The translations under genes and the position numbers were made by a program. Shown in pieces: positions 39,112 to 53,346 of a stretch of DNA of 64,000 nt (positions are counted from its first letter, which is position 1; every line of letters starts with the position of its first letter). The DNA is from Octopus vulgaris (taxonomy: Eukaryota). Where the stretch lies: positions 139,252,001 to 139,316,000 of the forward strand of contig OX597817.1 of the NCBI GenBank assembly GCA_951406725.2. Direction: 5' to 3'. The notes beneath the pieces were generated by a model. The model had not been told where the DNA came from. It worked only from the letters and a program-made list of their open reading frames with translations, and did not search any database.

Positions 39112-39380
39112 GACCTGGTAGAAACAGCAGCCAAATCTCCCTCAAATCACACCTTACTGTCTTATCTATGTATATATGTATGTATGAGCCTATGAGGGAG
39201 ACCCCTACATGGCAGCTAGACCTGGTAGAAATAGCAGCCAAATTTCCCCCAAATCACACCTTACTGTCTTATCTATGTATATATGTATGTATGAGCCTAT
39301 GAGGGAGACCCCTACATGGCAGCTAGACATGGTAGAAATAGCAGCCAAATCTCCCTCAAATCACACCTTACTGTCTTATC
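39112..39380. repeat. Tandem repeat, 107-bp unit, ~2.5 copies
   Basis: GACCTGGTAGAAA-like starts at 39112, 39219 and 39326. Confidence 0.9.
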
Positions 39381-39934
39381 TTTCTGCTACTTGGATATAG
39401 GTGTTATATTCGTCGTAAAAAACTTTCCTGTCACACACTCACGCACACGCACACACACACACACACACACACACGCACCCTCACACACACACGCGCACAC
39501 CCACACACACCCACTCACACACACGCACGTTAGCTTACAATTTTATTTATATATTTGCGTGTCTATGTGTGAAAAGAGGAAGTGGGAGGCAGAGTGAAAG
39601 AATCACTCACTACAGTAAGTCAATTACTTTCATTTTATTCGTTGCCCACTGTGTGTGTGCGTTTGCGTGTGCTGTAAACTAGACTAAGAAAAGCATTTGA
39701 CACACACACCAGAATGTGAGTTTTCTGTAAATTTTGCTTAACTGGAGTTTAAATTTTAAAAACTGGACCTGGCATGACGCGATGCATTGTACTCTTAAAA
39801 ATGCAAGGTAAATTGTAATTGAAGAAATCCTATATTGTAGATTTGTATAACTCCCAAAGGGAGGCAGATAAAATCTGCCTTTTATAATAAGAGATATTCA
39901 ATATATCATTACTTGGTTTCCCTTCTCCTTCATT

Positions 39935-40029
<95 letters not shown>

Positions 40030-40039
40030 CCTATGTAGT

Positions 40040-41110
40040 AGATATACAATTTTGTCAAACTTACTTTTCTCTGCAGATTGAAAAAAATCTAGAAACAGAA
40101 TTCGATTTTTTTACATGAACGCCTGTTTTCAAACTGATGACCGTTCTTGTAGAGAGAGGCATTGCTAATAACGCGGAGCAATTGTGTCGAAAATATCAGG
40201 AAACATTTCGTCCGATATTTATGAACTTTCTCTTTCAATAGTTACCTTCGGTTCGTCGACCTTCGGCTGTCTTATATCTATAAACTTTATCCCTTAAGTA
40301 TCCCCATCAAAAAAGGTCCAAAGGTGTAAATGTGGAGGCTATTCTACTGAGCCCCTTCATCCAAACGACCTGTTTGGCAAAACCTCATCAAAGTAGGCTT
40401 TTACATTACCATGATGGTGTGGGGGCGGGGTGCCCCATCTCACTAAAAATAAAATTTCACATCTTCAAAGATTTCATATACGCTTGGCATGTCTGTCGCT
40501 GCAAGTTCATAGAAATGGAACCAGCCACAGTACCGTTAAAAACAAAAACTGGTCCGGATAATCTCTTTGATAATAAGCCGCACCATACAGTCAATTAATG
40601 TGATGTTTCTCCGTAATATGTTGATTGACAGGTCCCAGGTAAATGTAATTGTTACAGGTCCCAGGTAAATGTAATCCTTATTGGGAAGTGTTCATCTTTT
40701 GCACAACTAGCAAAACTCCACTCTTTGGTCTGGTTCATCCTCATTGAGAGCATGGACCATTCTTGGAATGTAACTTTTCCAATGACAACATTTCAAAATG
40801 CGAACGACGCTTGATTTTGAAATTCCTGTCTCAAAATTCGTTTGCCGCACAGACTTTCTTGAACTCTGGCAATACGTTTCCAGCACATTTCTTGCTTTGT
40901 GGGACACGTCGATGTCTCTTCTGGACATTCTGAACATCTCCATTTTCTGTTTCAAACTTATCTCGAATTCGAATGATGGGTAAGTCGCGTAGGTGGATCT
41001 CTTTGAGACTCCCTCCTAAATTATGTTTGCACATCTGCAATGTTTCCAAACTTCGAGTAACACTCTCAAAGAAATCTCCCGTTCACAAAGCTTAGTCTGG
41101 CATCCTTCTT
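40040..41110 (-). mobile_element. Degenerate Tc1/mariner-superfamily (maT/DD37D-like) transposase
   Basis: [21 protein letters not shown]...RVEFC; VWCGLLSK.LSGP; FLMGILKG/DKVY-like C-terminal motif. Confidence 0.75.
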
Positions 41111-41169
41111 TACTTCTGATGGTTTAAATCTAAATATAAATTAAAGTGCGTATATATTCTTGGACGATA

Positions 41170-41231
<62 letters not shown>

Positions 41232-42399
41232 GCGTGTGTGTGCGTGTGTGCGTGTGTATGTGTGTGCGTGCGCGTGTGTGTACGTGTGTGTGTGCGTGTG
41301 TGTGTGCGTGTGTGTGCGTGTGTGTGTACGTTTGCTTATATAGATAGACACGTAGCAAACTTTAACCCAGTTTCTGTCTAACAAATTCCATTTACGAGAT
41401 TCTAATCACACGTTTGGTAAACGACAAATAAACTGTACACGATGATGATGAGATGGCACGGGAACGAACACGGAACCACCAAAAGCGAAATGAACTTTCT
41501 AATGTCGTGGCTAGATTTCTTTCTCTTCCATTTACAATAAGTTCTTCAAGCTGCCACACGTCAAAACCTTTTTTTTTTCAAGTTGCTACACGCCAGTTTC
41601 TGCTTTAATGTTTAAATTACAATACTTCAAATCTAATCGATTTGCTGATGAACAACCGTAAAAGCGACCTTGTGAGCATTTATGCTGCTTATTGAGTTCT
41701 AGTTCTTTTATTTTCCAACAAAAGATACATTAGTTGAGATCAGCATCAAATCAAATTTCTTTCACAATTGTCGATTTAAAACCAAAGCTAAAGGAACAAT
41801 AGGTAAAGAAATTATTTAAAGAATTACTAAACGATGAACAATATGTATGTTAGGGTTTCATTGAACCAAAGACGTCCTGGAGATCTTGAATATCTCGGGA
41901 CAGTTCTAATTTGGAATCTTTGTCTCCATATCTGGACACAGTTTCCTATGAGAGATTAACAATGAGAGGGATTTAGAATGTCGAACGTTCAGAAGAATCC
42001 TTATATTCCAGTTCCTGAGGAAATCAAACAAATCAAAATTCCTTACGATCCATAGATTTCCTGAAAAGGGGCAGAGCAGAACTTGAGGCCCGGTACACGC
42101 TTTATCAACTCCGGAGCAATGGCAGTCGAAGCTGAATTGAGCAAATACTCCGGTTAGATTTGAACACGTAACATAGAATCAATTAAATATTGTCAGCTAT
42201 TTAATTCAATAAAGTGGAATCGGTAGAGCATCGGAGAAAATGTATGGCGTTGGTACATACCTCTAGATTCGAAGATTGTAAGTCACTGTGGCTTCTCGAC
42301 TAAGACATACATACATACATACATACATACATACATACATACATACATACATACATACATACATACATACATACATACATACATACATACATACATACA

Positions 42400-42615
42400 T
42401 ACTGTGCTGAGTCAAAAGTTTGGAATATTTTGGTAACTTATTTGCTTTGCTCGTCAAATTACAAGAAAAACGGCTTGGCATTCAAAGTGGAGGCCATCGT
42501 GTTGCAGCGTCTGAAGCAACCTTTTCTGCCAGTTCTTTGATTCCATGTTGATACCATCGAGGTGAAGAACTCCATCACTGAAACTTCCATGAAGCGTCGC
42601 AAATGCAGGAAGTGA
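42400..42615 (-). mobile_element. Tc1/mariner 3' end with TIR
   Basis: C-terminus KNWQKRLLQTLQHDGLHFE; TA|CTGTGCTGAGTCAAAAGTTTGG TIR-like end. Confidence 0.55.
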
Positions 42616-43317
42616 CCGGAGGAGGAAGGGAGGAGAGAAGGAGGAGGAGAAGGAGGAGGAGGAGGGTGGAGTCGGAAGAGGAGGGGTGGGGAGTCGGAGG
42701 AGCAGGGGGATGGGGAGGAGGAGGAGAAGGGGAGGGGGGGAGGAGGGGGTATTTATGGGATGAGTTATACAAACGAGAAATAAGAAGTTGTTCTCTGTAG
42801 ACATTTTAGGACAGCGATTAGCATATTCGCGTTCGAATCTGCCGGAATATATTAAAAATAAATATGTAAAGCATTGTTCTGTTTAATTATATTTTAGGAT
42901 TTTATTTATTTCTTTATCTATTGGAGAATTAGAATTCATTTTATCATTTTGTATAAGCTTCAAGAAACTTGATAAGAGTTAAATTAAAATTATTGGAAGT
43001 TTGCCGTATTTCCTGATATTCCCCCATGGTAGGAAAAGTTTACTCGCAAAAGTTACTCGTCGTGTGATGGACGAAATTCTTCGGGTTTAATAAAAGTTTA
43101 TTGAATTAAATAAGTTTAAGATAACAAAACCCGCGATAATTTTTGTTCCAATCTAACCCCGACACTTAGCGCTGATGTAAGAATACGCAGCACAGTGTGT
43201 GTGTGTGTGTGTATTTTGGGTGGGTGTCAGCGTGTTGTGTGTGTGGGTGTGGGTGTCATGGTTCCTGGTTAAGTGCATTAACAAAAGTCGGTCAGGTGTC
43301 CAGGTATAAATAATTCA

Positions 43318-43368
<51 letters not shown>

Positions 43369-43762
43369 TGTTTGAGAAACAAAGCAACAGCTTATCATCA
43401 GTCGTAAAACAATTCCCTGACGTCGCCACAACGAGGCCGTTTGAGTGACTAGAAATAACAGTCAAATCCCCTTTCAAATGTTCCTTTTCCCTTTTGTCTT
43501 GTATAGAAGAAAGGACACGCAAATTATTGGTTTCAAATTTTAGCACAAGGCCAGCAATTTCGGGGGCGGGGTGTGTGTCGATTAGATTTTATCGACCACC
43601 AAGAGGATGAAAGTCAAAGCCGTCCCCGGCAGAGTTTGAATTCAGAACGTAAAGACGGACGAATTGCTGCTAAGCATTTTGTCCGGCATGCTAACAATTC
43701 TGCCAGTTCACTGCCTTAGGGACACACAAAATAACACAACCCCAGATACATTTTATGTCTTT

Positions 43763-44275
43763 AAGGCGGCGAACTGATAGAATCGTGACTATGTCGGACA
43801 AAATGCTTCGCGGCATTTCTTCCGGCTGAAGGCGGCGAGCTGGCAGAAATGTTAGCACGCCGGGCGAAATGCGTAGCCGTATTTCCTCTGCCGTTACGTT
43901 CTGAGTTCAAATTCCGCCAATGTCGACTTTGCCTTTCATCCTTTCGGGGTCGATAAATTAAGTACCAGTTACGCACTGGGGTCGATGTAATCGGCTTAAT
44001 CGTTTGTCTGTCCTTGTTTGTCCCCTCTGTGTTTAGCCCCTTGTGGGGAGGAAAGAAATAGGTATTTCGTCTGCCGTTACGCTCTGAGTTCAAATTCCGC
44101 CGAGGTCGACTTTGCCTTTCATCTTTTCGGGGTCGATAAATTAAGTACCAGTTACACACTGGGGTCGATATAATCGACTTAATCCGTCTGTCTGTCCTTG
44201 TTTGTCCTCTCTGTGTTTAACCCCTTTGTGGGTAGTAAAGAAATAGGCATTTCTTCCGGCTCTTTCTCGATGGCA
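43763..44275 (+). mobile_element. SINE A dimer (43829-44245) nested in the head of an older SINE
   Basis: 16-bp TSD GGCATTTCTTCCGGCT at 43812-43827 and 44246-44261; internal junction GAAATAG|GTATTTC. Confidence 0.9.
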
Positions 44276-45130
44276 AGTATTTAGATGTCCCACTCCACTA
44301 CTCCAAGAACTTAATTTATCACGTTACACTTGATCGATACTTTTTTTCATCGAATATATTCATTTCAAGTTCTATAAACTAGAACCCACCATCAAAATAG
44401 TGAACTTGGTAAATCACAATTGTACATCTTAAAATACGGCAATTTTCTTCTTTTTTTTTATTTTAATCAAATGAAATCAAATCAATTTCTATTCCAATCG
44501 CAGCAGTATCGGCGGTGCATAATCGTGACAGCTGTAGGACACCGTTTTTCAGCGCAACACTTAGGTACGACCTGCGATCGTAACATCTGTGGCCGGTATT
44601 ATTTCTAGAATTGCTAGAGAATATTTCATCATGTTAAACCGTTAATTCCTACACATTTTTCTTTCCGTTTTTTTTTTTCTGTTTTCTCTCCATTTTCTTT
44701 CTCTCTCGTCCCTTTCTGTCGAAGGGTGTAGGCTCGAATCGTCAAAGACTTTTCCATTCTTCCCGAGCGTTAAACTAACGCACCTGCTTGCTCTTCCCTG
44801 ACTTGTCTTCGTCTTTTGCTTTCTATAAATTTGAACTATATGGCTTAGTGGTTAGGGTGTTGCACTCACAATCTAGCAATCGGGATTTCAATTCCTAGAC
44901 CGGGTCGTGCGTTGTGTTCTTGGGCAAAACACTTTATTTCACATTGCTCTGAGATCACTTCGACACCTGATGCGTGGTACACCTTGCTTCTGTCCAGACA
45001 AGGTCGATTTGATGGAGGGAGTGAGTTAATGTGCGGCACGAACATTTGATCACTGGAAACAAGTAATTTGTGCAACTCGTTCGGCACAAGCTGAACGCTC
45101 ATAAGTCGTCTTCGGTGGGAGAGGCCATCA

Positions 45131-45442
<312 letters not shown>

Positions 45443-46525
45443 ATATATACTGCTCTATATCGTAGAGTGTGCTTCTTCCTTCGGATATATGTTCTTTTGC
45501 TAGCGATATATTGTATATAAAGGGTGCAGAAAACCAGTTGGCGGAGAATCCGACTGGGGTTAAACTAGCAGTAACATTCATCTGCCACTTTGATGTGGCT
45601 ACTCGCTTTACTGTTCAATATGCGTTACTACTCTATCTCTCCTTGATATTTTATAACTAGCTATATATGTATATATAGTGGTGTCTGGTGGAACGGGATG
45701 AAAGAGTGAGTGGAGTTTATCTTGTTTAGTGCAAGCAAGAAAGTTGTGAAGAAGATGGTTTAGGTGGAGGATGAAGCAACGGACGGTATGCAGCAGGAAA
45801 ATAAGATGGAATAAGCGAAAGGGTGTTATGAGGATAAAAAATAATAATGGAACACCTCTCCCACGTGACAAGTGGTATGTGCTAGTCGTTACAAATACTG
45901 TGACGTCGAGCAGTCGGGGATCGGTTTTAGATAGTCGTGTCTCACGTGTCTAACTAACTATACTGTTATACAGGAATGGACATTAAAACAGTCCGATCTT
46001 GGATTACAACAGTGACGATCAGGAATTAACAAACTCACAAGGAGTTACGAAACTCACAAAAGTTTTTTGTGCGAATTTTACGGTATACAAAATCGTAAAA
46101 CTATGGAAGATTTGTTGGCTGGTTTGCACGAGTTGCAAAAACAGCAACAGCAATAACTTCAAGAACAACAACAATTACTGTTATAACAACAAATGCTGCA
46201 ATTAATGAATAATAAGTCATCCAAAAATGCTGAAAAATGTTCTCGCCAAATTATGTTAAAATCTCAATAACGGAATTTAAGTATGAACCAGACGAAGGAG
46301 TTACCTTCGAGGCTTGCTACAGAAGACACGAACAGATCTTCGATTAAGAGTGCAAAATTTGGCAGGACGATATGAAAGCGCGCCAAAATCCTACGAAAAC
46401 TGGCGGCAGAACATGAGCGTCACAACAATTACGTATTCCCGAAAAAACTTTTTGACAAACTTTAGAAATACAACAGACATGGTGTGAGAAAAGCTCGTTG
46501 TTCAATACATCACATATGCTGGTAT

Positions 46526-46962
46526 GGGTCTTTTCACTTTGACCGGCAGTTTTTTAAATAATTTCCACATAACTAAACACTTTTAAACTTCGTATACTGG
46601 TAGAATGTGTTTATAAAACATCTTTTTCTCTTGGCTTTATTGAGAAAATTCTATAGTTTGTAAGATATTTGTTGTTCTTTTTTCTTCAATTTCTGCAATT
46701 TCAACCAATCAATGACGTCTACTGAGGTGAAAACATTCTGTGCCGTATGAATATGTCCCTCGTTTAAGAAGCAGATTGGGTTTATTTACATTTCTGAAGA
46801 AAAAAGATACCCTTCCTCCACCCCTAACCCTAACTAACCCTAACTCTAACCCTAACCCTAAAACAGATTGAAATGCAATAGATCGATACTAGGATCATAA
46901 TTATGGGTGACAATTTCATATGACACCGCTAGAAAAAACTGCCGGTCAAACCGAAAAGATCC
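46526..46962. mobile_element. MITE with ~30-bp TIRs and 8-bp TSD (Merlin/MULE-like), with internal telomere-like repeats
   Basis: GGGTCTTTTCACTTTGACCGGCAGTTTTTT / AAAAAACTGCCGGTCAAACCGAAAAGATCC; TSD GCTGGTAT/GCTGGTAA. Confidence 0.85.
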
Positions 46963-47524
46963 GCTGGTAAAGTTAACAGAGAATGCGGAAAAGTTCAAAT
47001 TGGACGAATTAACGCCAGGTATGTTCAAGTGTCTGATATTTACTCAGGGACTAACTGCAGAAAAAGACGCAGAAATTAGAACAAGAATTCTCGCTAAGCT
47101 GGAACAAAACCAGATACAACAAGTATCTGAAGAGTGTGAAAGAATTGTAAATCTAAGTCACGACGCAGAGAAAATTGAACATAAAGATTGCTCCAAAGAG
47201 AAACAAGTGCCGAACAGGCAGAATAGAAATCAAGCGTATACAGTACAAACAGGACAAAAATCAGAAAACAAACCCGTGTTTTGCATCAGGAGGTCTACAC
47301 CTGAGGAAATAAACTATCCATTTAAGAAAGTAGAATGTTTTCGTTGTGGAAAAATTGGACATGTAAAAGCGCACTGCAAAACCAAGATGACAAAACGTTA
47401 GAACAAAGAAGAATGAATAAGTGAGATGTTGTCAAAAGAAAATGGTTACGTGACAAAGAGGAAATTCGTAAATGTGAAAATTAAAAATATACGAGTAAAA
47501 ATGCAATTCGATACTGGAAGTAAT

Positions 47525-47903
47525 GGAAGCACTCCGTCGGTTACGACGACGAGGGTTCCGGTTGATCCGAATCAACGGAACAGCCTGCTCGTGAAATTAA
47601 CGTGTAAGTGGCTGAGCACTCCACAAACACGTGTACCCTTAACGTAGTTCTCGGGGATATTCAGCGTGACACAGAGAGTGACAAGGCCGGCCCTTTGAAA
47701 TACAGGTACAACAGAAATAGGAAGTAAGAGAGAGTTGTGGTGAAAGAGTACAGCAAGGATCACCACCATCCCCTGCCGGAGCCTCGTGGAGCTTTTAGGT
47801 GTTTTCGCTCAATAAACACTCACAACGCCCGGTCTGGGAATCGAAACCGCGATCCTATGACCGCGAGTCCGCTGCCCTAACCACTGGGCCATTGCGCCTC
47901 CAC
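47525..47903 (-). mobile_element. SINE family D inserted at the Gypsy protease DTGS motif
   Basis: 12-bp TSD ACTGGAAGTAAT; near-identical to 24060-24443. Confidence 0.92.
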
Positions 47904-48043
47904 ACTGGAAGTAATATTACCATTGAGAATGAAGAAACGTGGAAGTATATCGGTGAGCCGAAGTTAAGTAAATCTAGAAAAGCAGCAGACGGCGTTACGA
48001 GTAAAAGATTGTATTTTGTGGGTGAATTTGGGTGTAATGTAAC

Positions 48044-48701
48044 ATTTCTAATTTGTTGTTACCTTTAAAAGGCTACACATAGAAGCTCCTCGACAAATAC
48101 AAAGCATAAAGACAATACAAAACGCAACAAACATAAACTTGGGGGACTAAAAATTACAAAAAGGAGATGAAATAAGTAGAAAAAATAAGAGAAACGAATG
48201 ATAATATGAAAGGATGAAAATGAGGCGCAAAGCCCACTCGAACCCCGAAGTCGAGTGGTTACATTTAGACAGTTTTTTCTCTTTTTCATAAAAATAAGTC
48301 TACATGTATACATTTTTTGACAGTCTTTTTCCCCCTTTTTCACAAAGGTTACATTAGAATATTATTATTTTTTCCAGCTTTCCTTTTATTCAAATTAAAA
48401 GTTCTGTTACTTTGGTAACTCCATTCTTTTCAACACGTTGTATTCAACTACAAAAGGTCGCATCTCATACAACCAAAACCATTGTATCATTTTTTTATAT
48501 GTCCAATAAATGCATCCATGAATCTCTCATACTTTTCATCAGGTATCATAATACCTCTATCCTCTGCATCAAAACTGTTTCCTGACAGCTTCACTGTCAC
48601 CAGACTCTTCCATTTCGCATTTTTTCTTTCCGCATCCACACTCTTCTCATACTCTACCAAGGCACCCTTATATTTGCATAGTTCTTCTATTGTTTTTCCT
48701 C

Positions 48702-48776
<75 letters not shown>

Positions 48777-49600
48777 ATATTTTTGGCTCCAAGTCTTTCC
48801 TTACCTTTCTTGCATTCTACTGAATGCTCTCTTTCCTTAGATTTCTTCCTTCTTTGGGGGCTGACAAACCCAGTTCAACTTTTTCGTCTCTCCAACTGGT
48901 CCCAGCTCAGGGTCGTCCGCGGTTGCAGCCAGAACAGCTGCAACCAACCACTCGGTTTTAATTTCGGGTGGTACCCTTGATATCCTGATTCGGACACTGC
49001 GCCTTCTCTTGTAGGGGGGTAACAACGCCACCTTCTCTGTCCTCAGAATGGTGGTGGAATGTGAGGCCGCCTCTTCTTTTGTGGCAAACCTCACCTCCGC
49101 CGCACCGAATCTTCTTCCTCTGCCAATGTACGTTGACTTCTTTACAATCTCACCTAAACATTCTTCTATTTCTTCTTCCGTCACTCTCTCTACCTTGTTG
49201 GTGGCGACCGCTTGTGTTCTGTCTGTACACCACCGTTTTCCAACTTTTATCATTTGTAGTCTCTATCGGAGGGATCAATTTAATAGTATCTCCCTCCTTT
49301 CTTATTAACTGCTCGCTTCTCAGAATTTCTTCCATATTGACACTAATCTGCTTTGCCTCCAATGGCGCGGCTGTTCTCGCCGCAGCGGTTTTTGCGAAGC
49401 TCTCCATACCGGAGGTACTACGCTTTTCTTTTCACCCAAAATAGGGGGGGGGCAGCAAAATGCAACAACAGCAGCAAGTAGCACGCGCGATACGCTTCAA
49501 CAATAATATTAACAGCAACAACAGCTCTCGTCTTCTTCACACAAAAATTCACACAAGGGATTGAAAATAAAATTTCGTATCGCCACTGGCCAGACCCCAC
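48044..49600 (-). mobile_element. Putative non-autonomous L1/Tx1-related element carrying a frameshifted ORF1-like region
   Basis: RRM-like GRGRRFGAAEVRFATKEEA...PPYKRRRSVRIRISRVPPEI; 3' end ...AAATTAGAAAT abuts the Gypsy protease. Confidence 0.5.
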
Positions 49601-50332
49601 TTCAATTGTCTACTGAGTATATATATTTCTTTATTACCCACAAGGGGCTAAACACAGAGGGGACAAACTAATAGAAATAAATAAAATAAAAATGAAAACT
49701 TAAAAGGGAAGATGTTGTGGAAATAATAATAATAATGGAACACCCCGCCCACGTGACGAGTGGTATGTGTTAGTCGTTACAAATACTGTGACGTCGTGCA
49801 GCCGGGTCGGTCATAGATAGCCGTGTCTTACTTATCTAACTAACTATACTGATTTACCGGAGTGGACGTTGTAACGGTCCGATGTTGGATTACAACTGAG
49901 GGAAAAGGCGGTCAAGGGCGTGTATTTTGGCGAGATTAGAACGAATGGTGGCACGCATGCGGCGTCAGGAAGTGGAGAGAAGTATTGGTAAGATAGCAGA
50001 AGCAGAATGGGAGGTAGGGTGGAAATGGAGGTGGAAACCTTGGGGGATGAGATTGTGATGAGGGACATGTGTAGGAACACAAGAGGAATACTGGTTATGG
50101 GGATGAGGAAAGGTACTGAAAGTTCGGGAAACACACACACACACACATTTTATTCTATCGACTTCGCAGGACAAAAAGCAATATAATCCTCAATCGGAAT
50201 CGAACTAATGATATAAACGTTCGTAACTAAATACCACAATGTATTTTCTTCTCTGCTCGTCCACCACCATTTATTTAATATTGTCAACCGATTCTTAGGT
50301 TTTCTCGTCTTACTTTCATTTTACGCTCAGTA

Positions 50333-50410
<78 letters not shown>

Positions 50411-51139
50411 AGTGCGTATGCTATTAGAAATTTACCTCCTATATTTCCTGTGTTGCGTTTGTCTTATGACAGCTGTCAGTTTAAATATGAGAAATAACAT
50501 ATACTGTCAATTGACGAAATAAACGACGCCATTGATGCCTTCTGATTCTTAACTGAATCTTTATTTCCTCCCATCATATTTATCATCGTCATTCGTCGTT
50601 ATTATCCCACACCATTATGGCTATTGTCATCATCTTTACCGCCATTATTCTCTTTATTTTATGTGTTAATGTAAACAGTTTTATGGAATAAATGAGGATG
50701 AAATATTGCACGTATAGATATCGGACACATTTCACTTATCTTTATTTTCTTTCTTAGTGTAGCGCAGAAGAAGGGGAAAAAACATCGGATTAATCAAATG
50801 TGTGAGGTCTGGAGCTTTCAGAAATCTCCCCTCTTAAGTTACATTTAAGTCCATACTATGCATCGCTGGAAAATGTCGCCAAACGAATTTTTTTTTTTTT
50901 TCATTTATAACAATCATTCAAACTTGACATATCAATAAGATTTATTTTTGCCATTTGCCATGGTCGTAGATCTGCCGAGTTACCGTACAATTTGATGTCC
51001 GATTCCCATTAACGTAGCATTTCACAATCTCTTTTGTTAGAATTTCTTTATACACTAAAATTATTTTATAGAATATTCTTAAAATTATATTCTAGAAACG
51101 TAGTTTTTAGGCGTAAGAGCCAAGAGATACAAAAAGAAA

Positions 51140-51552
51140 TGATCATTAATTGAAAAATCGAGCATTTGTAAAGGATGTGAATGCTATTGCTGTTGAGCGA
51201 ACGGTCTTCGTCCCAGAGCTCGCAAGATGGGAGACGTCTGAAACATGGTTCTTTGCTATTCGTAAGACCCGCAGAAGAGAAAGTAGGTCAACCCTCGACA
51301 CCGAGAGCATCAACGGATGGATGAATGCGCATCCAGGTTGCGTAGGAAGTCGGGGACACGAAACAGGAAGAAAGAATAAGAGAAAGTTGGAGCGAAAGAG
51401 TACAACAGGGGTCACCACCACCCCCTGCCGGAGCCTCGTGGAGCTTTAGGTATTTTCGCTCAATAAACACACAACGCCCGGTCTGGGAATCGAAACCGCG
51501 ATCCTCCGACCGCGAGTCCGCTGCCCTAATCATTGGGCCATTGCGCCTCCAC
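51140..51552 (-). mobile_element. SINE with family D head and a different 3' half
   Basis: 51360-51552 matches family D; the 51140-51355 part does not. Confidence 0.65.
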
Positions 51553-51892
51553 TTGCCGCTACTGCTGCTGTTTAGCCTCAATCAACTTTATGATAAACTG
51601 ACAGCCGACTGAATAATGTCTGACGCTCCAGACGTGTCCACCGCACCTCCGCATTACTGCCGACAATTTTAGATCTTTGCATTATAAGCGCATTCTATTT
51701 TCTCCGTCTTCATTTTATTTCTATTACATGTATGTATCTTGGTGGTGGCGGTCATGGCAAGAAATATGGCCACCTCGGTTCCAGCACAACAGTTGCTGTT
51801 CCACTTCACTTCTTGTTGAATATATTCACATCCCATCAGCACTGATTAAAGACGATGTCAGATATCTTTATTGGAAAGGCAAAGCTTAAAAG

Positions 51893-51985
<93 letters not shown>

Positions 51986-52875
51986 GTGTGCGTAACGAAT
52001 AACTTCCTAGATTCTTAGCCAGGATTCAAAACCGAATATACATTCTTCGACCAGTTCATTTCCTACTATTCTCGGCTTTTGCACCTAGAAATTAATGAAA
52101 GTCAACTGCCACACTTAAACCTGACTGAATGTATTAGAATAAATATAAATACGGTACCGCAAATCGATTCTATCTTTTTAGTCACTCGGCACCTATCCGA
52201 AAAGCATCTCTTTCTCTCCTTTTGGTTATCGATTGTCATCGCACGGCCACTACAACTTTCACCCTATCTATTTGTCAACTCAGAGAAGCCAGGAAAACAA
52301 TTACATTTTAAGGGCGAATTGATAAGTAACATTACATTTCGTGAAAAAAACCTTAAAGGCTAAAGTGTTTGCGTTAAATAATACAACAGACTTGTTCGGT
52401 ACTGACTGAATGGAATTGTTGAACTTATGGGACCTTCCCATAAATCTTTTCTGTAAAAATGTAAATGATTTTTCCTCCGGTACAAAAAGTCGTCAGGCAA
52501 ATTGAAAAAAAAAAATTATATTTTCCCTGAAGTTCTCTATGATAAGTTAGGACTGTGCATTAAAATGAAGCCACGGTTTCAAATAAAAGAATACGCCATA
52601 CCAGTATTTAACACAAACGAACTATACCGTTCGCAGTGTTAAAACAGATAGAGTTAAAGAGACTAGAAAAAAACTGTTATCCAAAAAGTGGGATACTCTG
52701 AATGGGCACCACCAAGTATGTTCGTTAAGAAAAGGGATAATAAAATCAGAGAATGTGCTGATTTTTTTCCCCACTGGAATTGAACTCTAAGTGTAAGAGA
52801 TATTAAAACTCGGAGCAGAGTTCAATTTTCAAAAGGGGAGAAGATAGGAGAGACTGATTCTTAAGCAAGGGAAGA

Positions 52876-53308
52876 TGTTGTGGAAGGATTCCAACCACCC
52901 CCTAAGTGACTAAAGGTGGACTGTCTCGTTGTTATAAATCAAAGAACAGTCGAGTCATCAGGAGTTCCTGCTGTTAGCAGTTCACTGTGATCCTTTCATA
53001 CAGAGCGTTGAATCTCGTGCAATAGTAAGAGTAGTACATCGTGTATATACTTTCTTACCCCTTTCTTCGTTATATTATATATCCAATACTAGGATATAAA
53101 ACTTGTCTTCAGCTTGAATAAACAAAGTCTTCCTACGCGGCCATCATCATCATCATCATCATCATCATCACCATTTACACACACACACACACGCTCAGCC
53201 TGCTCTAACTTTATATAAACATTCAATGCTTTGTTGTGTGTGAATTTATATCGATCCGTTGTGTTCTGTAATCACTCTGTGGAACCAATACCGGAACAAA
53301 ATAAATTG

Positions 53309-53314
<6 letters not shown>
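52876..53314 (+). mobile_element. LTR preceded by a polypurine tract
   Basis: AAGCAAGGGAAGA|TGTTG...GGTAACA; internal TATAAAA and AATAAA. Confidence 0.5.

Positions 53315-53346
<32 letters not shown>

Larger units (their letters stand above)
45824..49897 (+). mobile_element. Gypsy (Mag/K02A2.6-like) LTR retrotransposon remnant: LTRs 45824-46011 and 49713-49897, gag and protease, pol deleted
   Basis: Two homologous TGTT...TACAAC(A) LTRs, PBS-like GTGACGATCAGG, PPT AAAAGGGAAGA, TSD AAGGG/GAGGG; MFKCLIFTQGL..DAEIRTRIL, CFRCGKIGHVKAHC, MQFDTGS. Confidence 0.85.

Noticed and set aside
39112-39380. Regular repeats and SINE concatemers as a CRISPR array
   Set aside because: No unique spacers and no cas genes; eukaryotic context.
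40629-40676. ~25-bp direct repeat
   Set aside because: Simple local duplication inside a dead Tc1/mariner remnant.
46820-46862. CCCTAA repeats as a true telomere or fusion scar
   Set aside because: Short, degenerate and internal to a TIR element with a TSD.
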